Source: Lentisphaerota bacterium
GTDB lineage: Bacteria; Verrucomicrobiota; Lentisphaeria; Victivallales; UBA1829
Length of the DNA: 64,000 bases
Direction: 5' to 3'
Assembly (NCBI GenBank): GCA_015061915.1
Contig: SUVR01000004.1
Span: 53,093 to 117,092 of the forward strand
Of the stretch, positions 1 to 10,900 are shown one piece after another (position 1 is the stretch's first letter; each line of letters begins with the position of its first letter). A model generated the notes under the pieces. It was not told the DNA's origin. It saw only the letters and a program-made list of their open reading frames with translations, and did no database searches. The position numbers and the translations under genes were made by a program.

Positions 1-107
1 GCAAGGAAATGCCCCAATTCATGCACAAAAACGCAAAGACCGAAAAAGATGATCATAAACAACGCGGATCCGATCACGGTCAAAATCTGCCCGACAACTT
101 CCAACAT
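1..107 (-). CDS. rseP: RIP/site-2 membrane zinc metalloprotease RseP, N-terminal part (runs off window start)
   Basis: Not in the ORF track. Manual translation from ATG at 107 gives MLEVVGQILTVIGSALFMIIFFGLCVFVHELGHFL, a TM segment plus HExxH motif. GGAG RBS upstream; lies directly after dxr, the conserved synteny. Confidence 0.9.
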   Translation of the reverse strand, partial: MLEVVGQILTVIGSALFMIIFFGLCVFVHELGHFL

Positions 108-120
108 TTTTCAATTCTCC

Positions 121-1284
121 TTATTTCACTTGCAGGGACGCAGCATAAGCGCGCGCCCATTCATCCGCCGCAAAAATTTCTTCCAGCGTCGGGTCTTTTT
201 TGTTCTGATGGTCAGACATCGTTTTTTCGATAACTGTCCAGATCCCCGGCAGGGCGATTTCACCGTCCCGGAAACGCACGCCCGCCACATCGTTGGCAGC
301 GTTCATCACTGCCGCCAGCGTTCCCTGTTCCCGCATTGCAGTCCGGGCAAAGGAAAGCGAGGGGAACACACGCTCATCCACCCGTTCAAATGTCAAACTT
401 CCGGTCTGCGCCAGATCCAGCCGTTTCAATCCGGTATTGATCCGGTCCGGCAGAGTCAGCGCATATTGGATCGGGAAACACATATCCGGCACGCTCAACA
501 GCGCTGTCTGGTTTCCATCTCGCCACTCCACAATGGAATGAATGATCGATTGGGGATGCACCAGCACATCGATCCGGTCTCCACTCATCTGAAAAAGATG
601 ATGCGCTTCCACCATCTCCAATGCCTTGTTCATCAGCGTCGCCGAGTCCAACGTCACTTTCGGACCCATAGACCAGGTGGGATGCTTCATGGCGTCCGCC
701 CAGGTCACTCCGGCAAGATCTGCAAAACTTTTACCGCGGAACGGTCCACCGCTTGCCGTCAGGATCAGCTTTTCCACATTCTCCGGGGAATGTCCTTCAA
801 GACACTGAAACAACGCACTGTGTTCGCTGTCAACCGGAAGAATACGCACTTTTTTTTCTGCCGCCAGCTTCATCACGGGGTATCCTGCCGCGACCAGCAC
901 TTCCTTGCTCGCCAGCGCAATGTCACGCCCCGCTCCGATCGCAGCAACCACCGGCAGGATCGCTGCATTTCCAACGATCGCCGATACAACCAGATCCAGT
1001 TCCAGAGTCGAAAGCAGATCGCACAACGCCTTTTCACCGGCGTAAGCTGTCGTTCCGGCGGGGACCTGCGAACGCAGTTGCGGGAGACAGGTCTCTGCCG
1101 CAGTGACAGTATGCGGCACCTTGAACTCCGCCGCAATTTCCGCCAGTTTCGGGATGTTCCCCCCACCCGCAGAGATCAGCACCAGTTCAAACGCCTCCGG
1201 CATGGCACGCAGCACACGCAGCGTACTGGTCCCGATGGACCCTGTTGCGCCCAGCAGTGCGATCCGTTTTTTCTTCCCGTTCAT
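121..1284 (-). CDS. dxr: 1-deoxy-D-xylulose-5-phosphate reductoisomerase
   Basis: LLGATGSIG, PVDSEHSALFQ, LTASGGPFR and HPTWSMGPKVTLDSATLMNKALE motifs. ATG overlaps the dtd stop (TGATG). Confidence 0.98.
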   Translation of the reverse strand: MNGKKKRIALLGATGSIGTSTLRVLRAMPEAFELVLISAGGGNIPKLAEIAAEFKVPHTVTAAETCLPQLRSQVPAGTTAYAGEKALCDLLSTLELDLVVSAIVGNAAILPVVAAIGAGRDIALASKEVLVAAGYPVMKLAAEKKVRILPVDSEHSALFQCLEGHSPENVEKLILTASGGPFRGKSFADLAGVTWADAMKHPTWSMGPKVTLDSATLMNKALEMVEAHHLFQMSGDRIDVLVHPQSIIHSIVEWRDGNQTALLSVPDMCFPIQYALTLPDRINTGLKRLDLAQTGSLTFERVDERVFPSLSFARTAMREQGTLAAVMNAANDVAGVRFRDGEIALPGIWTVIEKTMSDHQNKKDPTLEEIFAADEWARAYAASLQVK

Positions 1285-1733
1285 CAATCTGCCTTGCTTT
1301 CGACCATAAATGTCACCGGTCCGTCATTTTCGATGGAGACCAGCATATCGGCACCGAATTCACCGGTGGGGACATCTTTCCCCAGTTTTTCTTTCATCAG
1401 TGCCACAAATTTTTCATACAGCGGGATCGCCTGAGCCGGCAATGCCGCTTCGCTGAATCCGGGACGGCGCCCTTTCCGGCAATCGCCGTACAGGGTAAAC
1501 TGGGAAACGACCAACGCCTCTCCGCCGCAATCCAGCAAAGATTTGTTCATCTTTCCTTCGTCATCACAGAAGATCCGTAAATTTACCAGCTTATCTGCCA
1601 GATAGACAGCATCTGCTTCCGTGTCGCTGTGCGTTACGCCGAAAAGGATCATCAAGCCCGGTCCGATCGCACCGACCGTCTTACCATCGATAGAGACGGA
1701 CGCCCGTTTCACCCGCTGGATCAAAGCACGCAT
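1284..1733 (-). CDS. dtd: D-aminoacyl-tRNA deacylase
   Basis: MRALIQRV start; SQFTLY and NDGPVT motifs. Confidence 0.98.
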   Translation of the reverse strand: MRALIQRVKRASVSIDGKTVGAIGPGLMILFGVTHSDTEADAVYLADKLVNLRIFCDDEGKMNKSLLDCGGEALVVSQFTLYGDCRKGRRPGFSEAALPAQAIPLYEKFVALMKEKLGKDVPTGEFGADMLVSIENDGPVTFMVESKAD

Positions 1734-1737
1734 GATC

Positions 1738-2289
1738 TTATCCCTTGATCAGTTTCAAAAATTCCGCACGGGTTTCCGCTTCACGGCGGAAACTGCCCAG
1801 CATGGAGGAGGTTTCCATCACGGAATTCTGTTTCTGCACGCCGCGCATCAACATACAGAGATGTTGAGCCTCCATCACCACGCCTACACCCTGCGGAGCA
1901 AGAACTTCCTGGATCGCATCGGCGATCTGGCGGCAGAGCCGTTCCTGCACCTGCAAACGCCGTGCAAACATATCCACGATCCGCGCCAGCTTACTCACGC
2001 CCACGATCTTCCCGTTGGGGATGTAACCGATATGACACTTGCCGAAGAACGGCAGCAGATGATGTTCACACATACTGTAAAATTCAATATCGCGCACGAT
2101 CACCATATCGTCCACATCTTCTTCAAAGATCGCACCGTGGACCACTTCATCCAGGTTCTGACGATAGCCTCTGGTCAGAAAATCCCAGCTCCGGTGGACC
2201 CGCTCCGGGGTCTTGATCAGCCCTTCACGCTCCGGGTCTTCCCCGATCTTCTGCAGAAGCGAGCGGACTTCGTTCTGAATATCGTCCAT
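1738..2289 (-). CDS. folE: GTP cyclohydrolase I
   Basis: [30 protein letters not shown] and HLCMLMRGV motifs. Confidence 0.98.
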   Translation of the reverse strand: MDDIQNEVRSLLQKIGEDPEREGLIKTPERVHRSWDFLTRGYRQNLDEVVHGAIFEEDVDDMVIVRDIEFYSMCEHHLLPFFGKCHIGYIPNGKIVGVSKLARIVDMFARRLQVQERLCRQIADAIQEVLAPQGVGVVMEAQHLCMLMRGVQKQNSVMETSSMLGSFRREAETRAEFLKLIKG

Positions 2290-3563
2290 CACACCTGCTC
2301 CATTGCCTGATCAAAGTCAGCAATAATGTCATCAATATTTTCAATACCGACAGACACACGGACCATTTCCGGCAGCACGCCCGCCGCAACCAGTTCTTCA
2401 TCAGTCAACTGACGGTGTGTCATACTTGCCGGATGCAACACGCCGGTACGGACATCTGCCACATGGACAACGATCGCCGCCAGTTTCAGGCTGTTCATCA
2501 CCTTTTCGCTTGCCGCCTTGCCACCCTTCATGCCGAAGCACAGCACGCCGCTGCCGCCCTTGAGATATTTTTTCGCCATTTCGTACTGATCGTCCCCCTT
2601 GAGGAACGGATATTTCACCCAGGCGACCTTGGGATGATTCTGCAGGTGTTCTGCCAGTTTCAGAGCATTTTCGCTGTGGCGTTCCATACGCAGATGCAGC
2701 GTTTCCAGCCCCACATGGCTCAGGAACGCATTGAACGGCATCATGGGGAAGCCCAGGTCACGCACCCACTGGACGCGCAGCTTGACACTGAAGGGACACG
2801 CCGCAAAGTCGCGGGTATAGATCAGACCGTGGTAGCTCTTATCCGGTTCCGTGAATTCGGGGAACTTGCCGTTTGCCCAGTTGAACGTACCTTTTTCGAT
2901 CACGATCCCGCCAACAGAAAGGGCGTGACCATCCGTGTACTTCGTGGTGGAATGGGTCACAATATCTGCACCGAAATCGAAGGGCTTGCAAAGGAAGGGA
3001 GTCGGGAATGTATTATCCACGATGAACGGCACACCCAGTTCTTTGGCAGCCTTGCTGAATTCTTCAAAGTTGAGAACCGTCAGCGCCGGATTGGCAATGG
3101 TCTCGGCAAAGACAGCACGGGTTTCCGGACGGGCGGCAGCGATGATCTCTTCCGCCGTGGCATCGCTGGAAACAAGAGTCACTTCCACGCCCATTTTCTT
3201 GAGGGTGTTGGTGAACAGGGAAACGGTCCCGCCGTAAAGTGCCGCACTTGCAATCACGTGCTGACCGCAGGTACAGCAGTTCATGATCGCCATAGTATTG
3301 GCGGTCTGTCCGGCGGAAAGCGCCACCGCAGCCACGCCGCCTTCGAGGGCAGCCATCTTCTTTTCAAAGCAGTCGACTGTGGGGTTGGCGAGGCGGGTGT
3401 AGAAAAATCCCGGCGCCTTCAGGTCAAACAGATCTGCCACTTCCTGACTGGTATTGTATTTGTAAGTAGTACTCTGAACAATGGGCACCACACGTGCTTC
3501 GCCGTTCTGAGGTTCATACCCCGCCTGAACAGCAAGGGTTTCGATCTTCCAATTCTTATCCAT
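2289..3563 (-). CDS. metY: O-acetylhomoserine/O-acetylserine sulfhydrylase (PLP)
   Basis: [21 protein letters not shown] (PLP lysine), [10 protein letters not shown] and RVSVGIE motifs. Confidence 0.9.
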   Translation of the reverse strand: MDKNWKIETLAVQAGYEPQNGEARVVPIVQSTTYKYNTSQEVADLFDLKAPGFFYTRLANPTVDCFEKKMAALEGGVAAVALSAGQTANTMAIMNCCTCGQHVIASAALYGGTVSLFTNTLKKMGVEVTLVSSDATAEEIIAAARPETRAVFAETIANPALTVLNFEEFSKAAKELGVPFIVDNTFPTPFLCKPFDFGADIVTHSTTKYTDGHALSVGGIVIEKGTFNWANGKFPEFTEPDKSYHGLIYTRDFAACPFSVKLRVQWVRDLGFPMMPFNAFLSHVGLETLHLRMERHSENALKLAEHLQNHPKVAWVKYPFLKGDDQYEMAKKYLKGGSGVLCFGMKGGKAASEKVMNSLKLAAIVVHVADVRTGVLHPASMTHRQLTDEELVAAGVLPEMVRVSVGIENIDDIIADFDQAMEQV

Positions 3564-3590
3564 AATTCAATCTCCGGAATTCAAAAAGAC

Positions 3591-4826
3591 TTATTCGCAA
3601 ACTTCGTCCAGACACCACTTGTTGCGGAACAGCGGTTCTCGGTCGATCCACTTGCCGTTGGTGAAGTCGGGGAACGCCACCGGAGCGGAACCGAGAGCAA
3701 TGGACTGCTCGGAAAGAGCGGTGACTGCCATCCATGCGGCGCAGTCGTACACGTCGATCGGGGTCACAGTGCGGTTGCGGACCGCATCGAAGAAGGCGCG
3801 GAGAGCGAGTGCATCCATACCGCCGTGTCCGCCCACCTGATTGTTGCGGAATTCTTTCCAGATCGGGTGGTCGTATTCTTCGTAATACTTATCCTGGGGA
3901 TCCCATTCGTGAGTGGTGTAGGGATTGCCGGCAACGTCCAGCTTTTCATATTTCGGGCTCATACCTTCCACATAGATGCCTTTGGCGTTTTCCAGCCAGA
4001 TCCCCTTGGTCCCCTGCACGCGACAGTCGCGGGAGTAAGGACGGGGCAGAGAAATGCCGTGGGTCAGCGTGATGCACTCGCCGTTGGCACACTTGATTAC
4101 GGTCGTGACAATATCCCCGATATTGAAGTGGCGGGGCGCGCCGCTGGCTTCTGCCGCCAGATCAAAACCTCTGCCCTTGGTGGCGGTGGAGGTCAGACTC
4201 AGGAAGCGGTTGCCACGGTTGATGCGCAGGATCTTGGAGATGGGGCCCAGACCGTGGGTCGGATAGAGGTCCGCATTACGGAACTGATTGTGCAGAGCCC
4301 GTTCGGAGCGGGAACCGTTCCACGCCATTTCGGAAAGATCGTGTTCGTAACCGCATTCGCAGTAGATCAGTTCGCCGAACATACCTTTGCGAACCATGTT
4401 CAGCACCATAAGTTCTTCACGGCCGTAGCAGCAGTTTTCCAGCATCATACAGGAAACGCCGGTGGATTCTGCGGCATGGACCAGATGCCAGAGTTCGTCA
4501 ATGCTGGAAGCACCGCCCACTTCGATCCCGGCGTACTTGCCGGCATTCATAGCGGCTTCGGCGATCTGGAGATGGGAGTTCCAGGAGGTGGGAACGAGAA
4601 CCGCATCCACATTGGGATCCTGGATCAGCTGACGGTAATCCGTATAGGCAGCCGGTTTGGGGCAGTCGTGGGCGGCAATGATGTTCAGGATCTTTTCGAT
4701 CCGTGCCTGATTGAAGTCACAGACCGCCGTAACGATCACTTCGCCTTTGAGTGCAAACATAGTGGCAAGGAGCGTTTCTGTTCTTGCGCCAAGCCCGATA
4801 ATACCGATTTTCACTGCATTGCTCAT
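3591..4826 (-). CDS. Gfo/Idh/MocA-family NAD-dependent protein, GH109 alpha-N-acetylgalactosaminidase-like
   Basis: Rossmann N-terminus; MMLENCCY, LYPTHGLGP, PRPYSR and GGHGGMD motifs typical of GH109. No signal peptide. Confidence 0.82.
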   Translation of the reverse strand: MSNAVKIGIIGLGARTETLLATMFALKGEVIVTAVCDFNQARIEKILNIIAAHDCPKPAAYTDYRQLIQDPNVDAVLVPTSWNSHLQIAEAAMNAGKYAGIEVGGASSIDELWHLVHAAESTGVSCMMLENCCYGREELMVLNMVRKGMFGELIYCECGYEHDLSEMAWNGSRSERALHNQFRNADLYPTHGLGPISKILRINRGNRFLSLTSTATKGRGFDLAAEASGAPRHFNIGDIVTTVIKCANGECITLTHGISLPRPYSRDCRVQGTKGIWLENAKGIYVEGMSPKYEKLDVAGNPYTTHEWDPQDKYYEEYDHPIWKEFRNNQVGGHGGMDALALRAFFDAVRNRTVTPIDVYDCAAWMAVTALSEQSIALGSAPVAFPDFTNGKWIDREPLFRNKWCLDEVCE

Positions 4827-4874
4827 TGTATTCGATTCCTTTCGTATGGAAATTTATTTTTCTGTCTCAATTTT

Positions 4875-5975
4875 TCATCTGCCGCCGGACTGCTTCAGCC
4901 AGGCTTCCACAAACATATCCAGATCCCCGTCCAGAACGGCAGCGGTGTTACCCGTTTCCACATCGGTACGCAGGTCCTTCACCATCTGATACGGCTGCAG
5001 CACATAGGAACGGATCTGGCTGCCCCAGCCGATCTCGGCTTTGTCGCCGGAGATCTGGGCGGCTTCCCGTTTCCGCTTTTCTTCCTCCAGTTCGTACAAG
5101 CGGGCTTTCAACATTTTCATTGCCATTTCCCGGTTCTTGTGCTGGGAACGCTCCACCTGACACGCTACCACCACGCCCGTCGGCAGGTGAGTGATACGCA
5201 CTGCACTGTCCGTACGGTTGACGTACTGACCGCCCGCACCGGATGCCCGGTAGGTGTCGATCCGCAGATCTTTTTCTTCCACGGCGATGTCAATATCTTC
5301 TTCCAGTTCAGGGAAAGCATCGGCAGAGGCAAAGGAAGTATGCCGCCGTGCATTGCTGTCGAAGGGGGAAATACGGACAAGGCGGTGGATCCCCCGTTCC
5401 GCTTTCAGGTAACCGTAGGAAAATTCGCCGGTGACTTTAAGAACGGCGCTCTTGATGCCCGCTTCATCGCCCGGCTGCATATCAATGATCTCATCCTTCC
5501 AGCCGCGACGCTCGAACCAACGGCGGTACATACGCAGCAGAATACTCGCCCAGTCGCAGGATTCTGTGCCGCCTGCGCCGGAGTGGATGTAAAAATAACA
5601 GTTGTTCCGGTCAAACTTACCGGAGAGAAAGCTCACCAGTTCGATCTTGTCCAGATCTTTTTCCAGAGTTGCCCAGGCGCCGTCTGCTTCTTCCAGAAAC
5701 ATCTCATCTTCGGCGGCAAGTTCCGCAATCGCCAGAAAGTCATCCGCTTTCCGCTTGACAGCGGCGTAGGGTTCGATCACATTCTTGCAGGCGGAAAGGC
5801 TTTGCACGGTCGCCTGCGCCGATTCCTTATCATCCCAGAAATCCGGCTTCGCCATAATGCCTTCGATCTCTTTGATCCTGGCTTTCGTTTCATCGATCTT
5901 CAGAAAGGTGGAAAGTTCCTCCAGACGCTGTACCACCGCCTGCCCTTTCTGTCTAACTTCTTCAATCGTCATCAT
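4875..5975 (-). CDS. prfB: Peptide chain release factor 2, single uninterrupted ORF
   Basis: GAGGTES, RLVRISPFD (SPF), GAGGQ and WGSQIRSYV motifs. Confidence 0.97.
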   Translation of the reverse strand: MMTIEEVRQKGQAVVQRLEELSTFLKIDETKARIKEIEGIMAKPDFWDDKESAQATVQSLSACKNVIEPYAAVKRKADDFLAIAELAAEDEMFLEEADGAWATLEKDLDKIELVSFLSGKFDRNNCYFYIHSGAGGTESCDWASILLRMYRRWFERRGWKDEIIDMQPGDEAGIKSAVLKVTGEFSYGYLKAERGIHRLVRISPFDSNARRHTSFASADAFPELEEDIDIAVEEKDLRIDTYRASGAGGQYVNRTDSAVRITHLPTGVVVACQVERSQHKNREMAMKMLKARLYELEEEKRKREAAQISGDKAEIGWGSQIRSYVLQPYQMVKDLRTDVETGNTAAVLDGDLDMFVEAWLKQSGGR

Positions 5976-6010
5976 AGTTCAAAAATCCTTCGGTTAAATT
6001 TCAACCTCAT

Positions 6011-6038
6011 AACATAATCGAAAATGACGAATTTTCAA
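6011..6038 (-). promoter_or_regulatory. Putative sigma70-type promoter for the prfB operon
   Basis: Minus strand TTGAAA (6038-6033)-N16-TATGTT (6016-6011). Confidence 0.5.
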
Positions 6039-6246
6039 GTATATTTTATATAAAGACGGGAAAGAATCGGCAAAAAAATTCATTTGAAGATCCGGAAAGC
6101 ACTTTGCAGCAACGAATCGCCCTGTTTTTGACGACTCCCCCCTACCCCCGCACAAAGTCCGGTCGTCCGTCAAAAACAGACCCGTTTGGATCACCGGGGA
6201 ACGTTTCCCCGGCGACATAATGGTTTTGAGCGTCAAACAAAAGCAC

Positions 6247-6282
6247 AAAAAAACGGAGTACAGCGTGCTGCCGTACCCCGTT
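6247..6282 (-). terminator. Intrinsic terminator after the alkaline phosphatase gene
   Basis: Minus strand AACGGGGTACGGC-loop-GCTGTACTCCGTT followed by a T-run. Confidence 0.75.
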
Positions 6283-6304
6283 CCGTATCGACTGAAAAAA
6301 GCGA

Positions 6305-7729
6305 TTACTTGATGATCTGTTCGATCTTGCTGCGGAGCGTGGAATTCTTCAGTTCCGGATCTTTGAAGAGTTCCGCACCGGGACCGAAGGCATTGGTAAT
6401 GACCTTGGCGTTGGAGTGACCGCCGGTGGTGTACTTGATCCCCACATATTCATCACGCCATGCTGCGGCTTTGTTTGCGATTTCGCCACCGCCGATCCGG
6501 CGGATCTTCGCGTTTTTCGGCGCATAGTTTGTTTCGATCATTCCCTTGATCTGGGCAAGCTGTTCTGCCGTGAACTTGTCAAAACCCATCAGGTCTTTGA
6601 GCTTTGCAATGATCTTATTCGCAGACATCTGCTTTTTGATCATGGCGTGCAGTTCCTGACCGAGCTTATCCTTGCGCATCTTCTGCTTCCAGAGCAGCTG
6701 GACATTCTTTTTCAGTTTTTCGGGATCCACGATCTGCAGACCGCCGGTTTCGTGGTCGGCTGTCACAATGACCAGTGTTTCTTCCGGATGTGCCGCCTGA
6801 AATTCCAGAGCAGCTGCCACCGCACGGTCAAAAGCACGGACTTCCCGGATCATCCATGCGGAGTCGTTGTTGTGTCCGGAGTGGTCGATCCAACCACATT
6901 CCAGCATGATGAAAAAGCCGTTCTTGTTGGTGAGTGCGAAACTTTCAGCAGCGAAGGTCAGGTAGTCGCCAATGGAGATCCACTTGTCAGCGCCGGGCTT
7001 CTGGTTCCAGGCCACATAGGGCTGGCAGCCGGCATAGATCTTATTCATGGGAACGGAGGGATTGTTCTTGATGATCTCATATTCTGCATCCAGAGCCGCC
7101 TTGACCGGCTTGCCGGAATAGATGGTATACCCGGCAGCTTCCAGCGTTTTGCGGTAAGTCTTTTCCTGGGGCGGAAGAGCGGGATCATCGAGAATGTAGT
7201 TGGTGTTGCAATGGAGCAGGAGGCTGCCGCCGACAAAATCCACATTGGACTTCGCCAGGTCTGCAATGATCTGATTGCGCATGGAGCGTTTTTCCTGATG
7301 AGCGTACTGGGCAGCCGGAGTGGCGTCAGAAAGTCCGCAGGAGGAAATGATCCCGACAGCGAAGCCTCTTTCCCGCTTCAGAGCGGCAGAGAGACTTTCC
7401 ACCGGCTTTTTGTTTTCGTCCACGCCAATCGCGCCGTTGTAGGTCTTGATCCCGCAGGCAATAGCGGTACCGCTGGCAGCGGAGTCCGTGGTCCAACCGT
7501 GGATTTCATTGGTGTCCGTGGGCGTGAAGACATCGCCGGAATTCATCACAAGCTGTTTGCCCACTGCCGCTTCTGCAACAGCACGCTGGTTCGGACCGAA
7601 ACCGTCGCCAATAAGAACGAATACATACTTGACCTTGCTCTTGGCATCATCTTTGGCACAGACCGAAGAACAGGCTGTGGAGATGCAGAGAGCGCCGATC
7701 ATCACGAGAGTGAAAAGGTGTTTCAACAT
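6305..7729 (-). CDS. Alkaline phosphatase, exported (possible lipoprotein)
   Basis: IGDGFG, TDSAASGTA (catalytic Ser), ATPAA, IDHSGHNND, TADHETGG and GGH metal ligands. Signal peptide with ISTAC. Confidence 0.93.
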   Translation of the reverse strand: MLKHLFTLVMIGALCISTACSSVCAKDDAKSKVKYVFVLIGDGFGPNQRAVAEAAVGKQLVMNSGDVFTPTDTNEIHGWTTDSAASGTAIACGIKTYNGAIGVDENKKPVESLSAALKRERGFAVGIISSCGLSDATPAAQYAHQEKRSMRNQIIADLAKSNVDFVGGSLLLHCNTNYILDDPALPPQEKTYRKTLEAAGYTIYSGKPVKAALDAEYEIIKNNPSVPMNKIYAGCQPYVAWNQKPGADKWISIGDYLTFAAESFALTNKNGFFIMLECGWIDHSGHNNDSAWMIREVRAFDRAVAAALEFQAAHPEETLVIVTADHETGGLQIVDPEKLKKNVQLLWKQKMRKDKLGQELHAMIKKQMSANKIIAKLKDLMGFDKFTAEQLAQIKGMIETNYAPKNAKIRRIGGGEIANKAAAWRDEYVGIKYTTGGHSNAKVITNAFGPGAELFKDPELKNSTLRSKIEQIIK

Positions 7730-7880
7730 ACTTTTTCCTTTTGTTGATTTGTAAGTTTGTAATAGAGATGTAATTCTGTCGCGAATATAACATCTTTTTC
7801 AATAAAAATCAAGCGTTCTTCAAAAAAAATACATCGCAGAAAATTCCGTTTTTTTTACAATATATTCCATAACAACACGG

Positions 7881-7909
7881 TTGACAAAACAGTTGAGATG
7901 TGCTATTTT
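7881..7909 (+). promoter_or_regulatory. Putative sigma70-type promoter for the 1321-aa gene
   Basis: TTGACA-N17-TATTTT with an extended -10 TG. Confidence 0.55.
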
Positions 7910-7961
7910 GCAGAAGAAATGAAGATGTGTCCCCACACCACAACCAGAAGGAATCAGCCAA

Positions 7962-10900
7962 ATGAAGATGAAGTTCCTCCTCCCCGCTTTACTCCTCCTT
8001 TCAGCCCCGCTCCAAGCGGCAGTCTCCCTTTCTCCCGGCGGCTTGCTTCCTGCTGCGGAAGACCCGAAAAAGCCCGCCGTCTTCCCGGCTGAACCGATTC
8101 TTTTGAAAGCGGATCAGCAGCCGAAAGAATACACGCTGACCTATCGGGCAAAATTCACCGGAAAGAAGCAGGACCATACCCTGCGGCTGCATTATCAGGA
8201 GCTGAACAAAGACGGCGCAAAACTGAAGTCTCCCCTCACGGTCACGGGGGTTGTTTTTGATCCCAACGGACACTCCACGGTCAATGGCAGGGGGATCTGC
8301 CGGCTCGCGTACAACGGGATCCTCCCCGTGCATCAGCGGTATCTGGCGGAACCGTTGTTTCAGACCGGTGAGTGGTACGACTTCAAACTGACCGCCCGGA
8401 ATATGGAGGAATACATCGCCCTGACGCTCTTCGTGAAGAAGGGCGACCAATGGCGGCGACTGCTCGCCGGCAATGTGATGACCAACCGTCAGCTCGCCGG
8501 GGTGAGTTTCGCTTCCGGTTCCGGTTTGGAACTGGCGGATATCGCCCTTGATCCGGTCGGTCCCGCACCGGAAAAACTGCTGCCCGGCGCTTCGGCAAAA
8601 AGCAAAGTCATAACGGTTCCCTTTGCCGGTGAGAAAACCGGCGTAAAACTGCGTCTGACGCCCGGATCCTATCCGGTCCAGATCATGATCCAGCTGCTGA
8701 ACAGCAAGCAGGAAAAACCGGTGGTCTATACCTACCGCCTCAATCCCGTTGCCCAGAATTTTTCCTGGAAAGAAGAGTTCACCGTTGAGAAAGAGGTGGA
8801 TGGCGTAAAGAAAAAAGTCAAGGAAACGATCTCCAAAAGTCATACATTCGAGGATACGGGGATCGATGTACTGGCGAACAACTGGCGCCTCTACACAGTT
8901 TACACCCGTGCCCGCGTTGCCGGCCGCTATCATAACAATCAGATGGCGGAGATCGCAGCAAATCCGGAGAAGTACGGCAAAACTGCGTCCGCGAGCGAGT
9001 TTGTCCTTGAGTTCCGCAGTACACCGGCCGGACGCGAGTTGTGGCTCAACGGCAGTTTTTTCCAGAAGATCCCCGAGTCAGTCACGTTTGATCAGATCAA
9101 GGTCTCCCTGCCAGCTGGCGCAGTCTGCCCCGAACCGGAAATACGCAATGGTCCCGTGACTGTCGTCGCCCCGTGTTATCAGCCGGTCCCTGTAACGCCC
9201 GATGATGACATGATCCCCATTCCCGGGATGAAGCATTTTATGATCCCCCGGTGCGGGGAAGAAGACGCTTTTGCAACGGCACTCTGCAAGGTCAACCGGG
9301 GCTCCTATCTGCTGGAGTGCGACGGCTATCTCTCCCGGTCCGCCTTCGATGCCATGCCGGACAGTTTCATCCGCCGCGTTCCCGTCGCCCAGTACAACCG
9401 GGCGTATGTCCTCTGCGCTCTTTCGCCCGATCCCGAAAAGAAGATGACAACCGATGTCACCGCACGCCTGACCAGTTTTTACAGTCCCAACAACGCCGGC
9501 TGCTCGCCGGAGATGATCGCATATCAGACCGTCACGCTGCCCCGGAGTGAATCTGCTCCCCTGCCGCCGAATGTAAAACGCGTGGGTAACGGTATGTTCC
9601 TTGTCGCCTTTGATCTGGATGTCGGTAAGATCCAGGACGTGATCTTTATGAAGAAAAACGCCTTCCTGGACTTTGAAGTGATGGGCGGTCTGTTCGAGGG
9701 GGATGACTACTATATCTACTGCGGCGGCAAGCCAGCCAAAACGCCTTCTGCGGTCAAAGTCTATGGGGCAGTTCTGGAACGGACTCCGGTCAGTATGATG
9801 GTGGAATCCGGGCAGATCGGAAATATCTATTATCCCAACGAAACGCCCGCCATGACTGCTCACCTTTCGGGTGCGGCGGATCAGAACGTTACGGTCGACT
9901 GGATCGTGAAAGATCTGGATGGAAAGACGGTCTTTTCCAAACAGGATGTCTGGACGGTGAAACCTGCGGAAAAGACAGCGCTCCGCACCGAATTTCCGGT
10001 CAAAGCCATCGGACACTATACGGTGAATGTTCAGCTGAAAGACCCCGCCGGAAAGGTGCTGGTCAACTATGCCGGCTCTTTCGTGCGAATCCCTGCCGAT
10101 ACCCGTAAAGCGTTCTATGATTCCCCGTACTTCCTCTGGAATTTCGGCGGCGCCCACGGCACTCCGGGCGATCTGGAAACGGTCAGTTATCTTTACAACC
10201 GCATCGGTGCCCGCAAGGCGCAGCTCTGGAATTACAAATATTCCGAAGAGGAAGTCCGATCCCACAAGATGATGCACGGTCCGTTCCCCTATCTGCGCTC
10301 CAAGGCGGCGACTCCGGAAGAACGGGCGAAAGATCTGGATGCCCAGATCCAGCGCCTGATCAAACGTTATCCCCACACGGACAGCGCGCTGATCTTCCAT
10401 GAAAGCGGCGGCGGACCGGATCCGCTGGAACTCTGCGGCGGCGTCACGGAGATCACGCCGGAACAGAAGGCGGAAGATGAACGCAAAAGTCAGCGGGCGA
10501 TCGAACTGGCGCAGGCATGGCGCAGAAACGCTCCGCATATCCGCCTGACCGTCGGCAACAGCGGCGGTACGATCGGGCTGATCGCCCGTCTGTTCCGGGC
10601 GGGCTATCCCCGGGATCTGATCGACCGGATCGGGGAGGAATCGGTGGGGCAGACCATGCCGCCGGAACGCTCTACTGCCGGATCCTTCTGGAAACTTTAC
10701 GAACTGGGCAGGATCTACGGTTACAAAGATCTTGGTGTGGAAGCCTGCTATGAATGGAAATCCCGTCTGCCCCGCTGCTTTACGCCCCGGAAACACGCGT
10801 CGCTCTGCGCCCGGGACCTGCTGATCGCCCACGCTTGGAAGTCGCCCACCATTCCGGTCCCCGGCGGCTTTGAAAAGGCGAACAGTTATTATAATACGGT

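Noticed and set aside
2415-6017. 1200-aa + strand ORF
   Set aside because: Antisense shadow of metY, the GH109-like gene and prfB, which happen to share a frame. It has no motifs, and codon bias explains the lack of stops.
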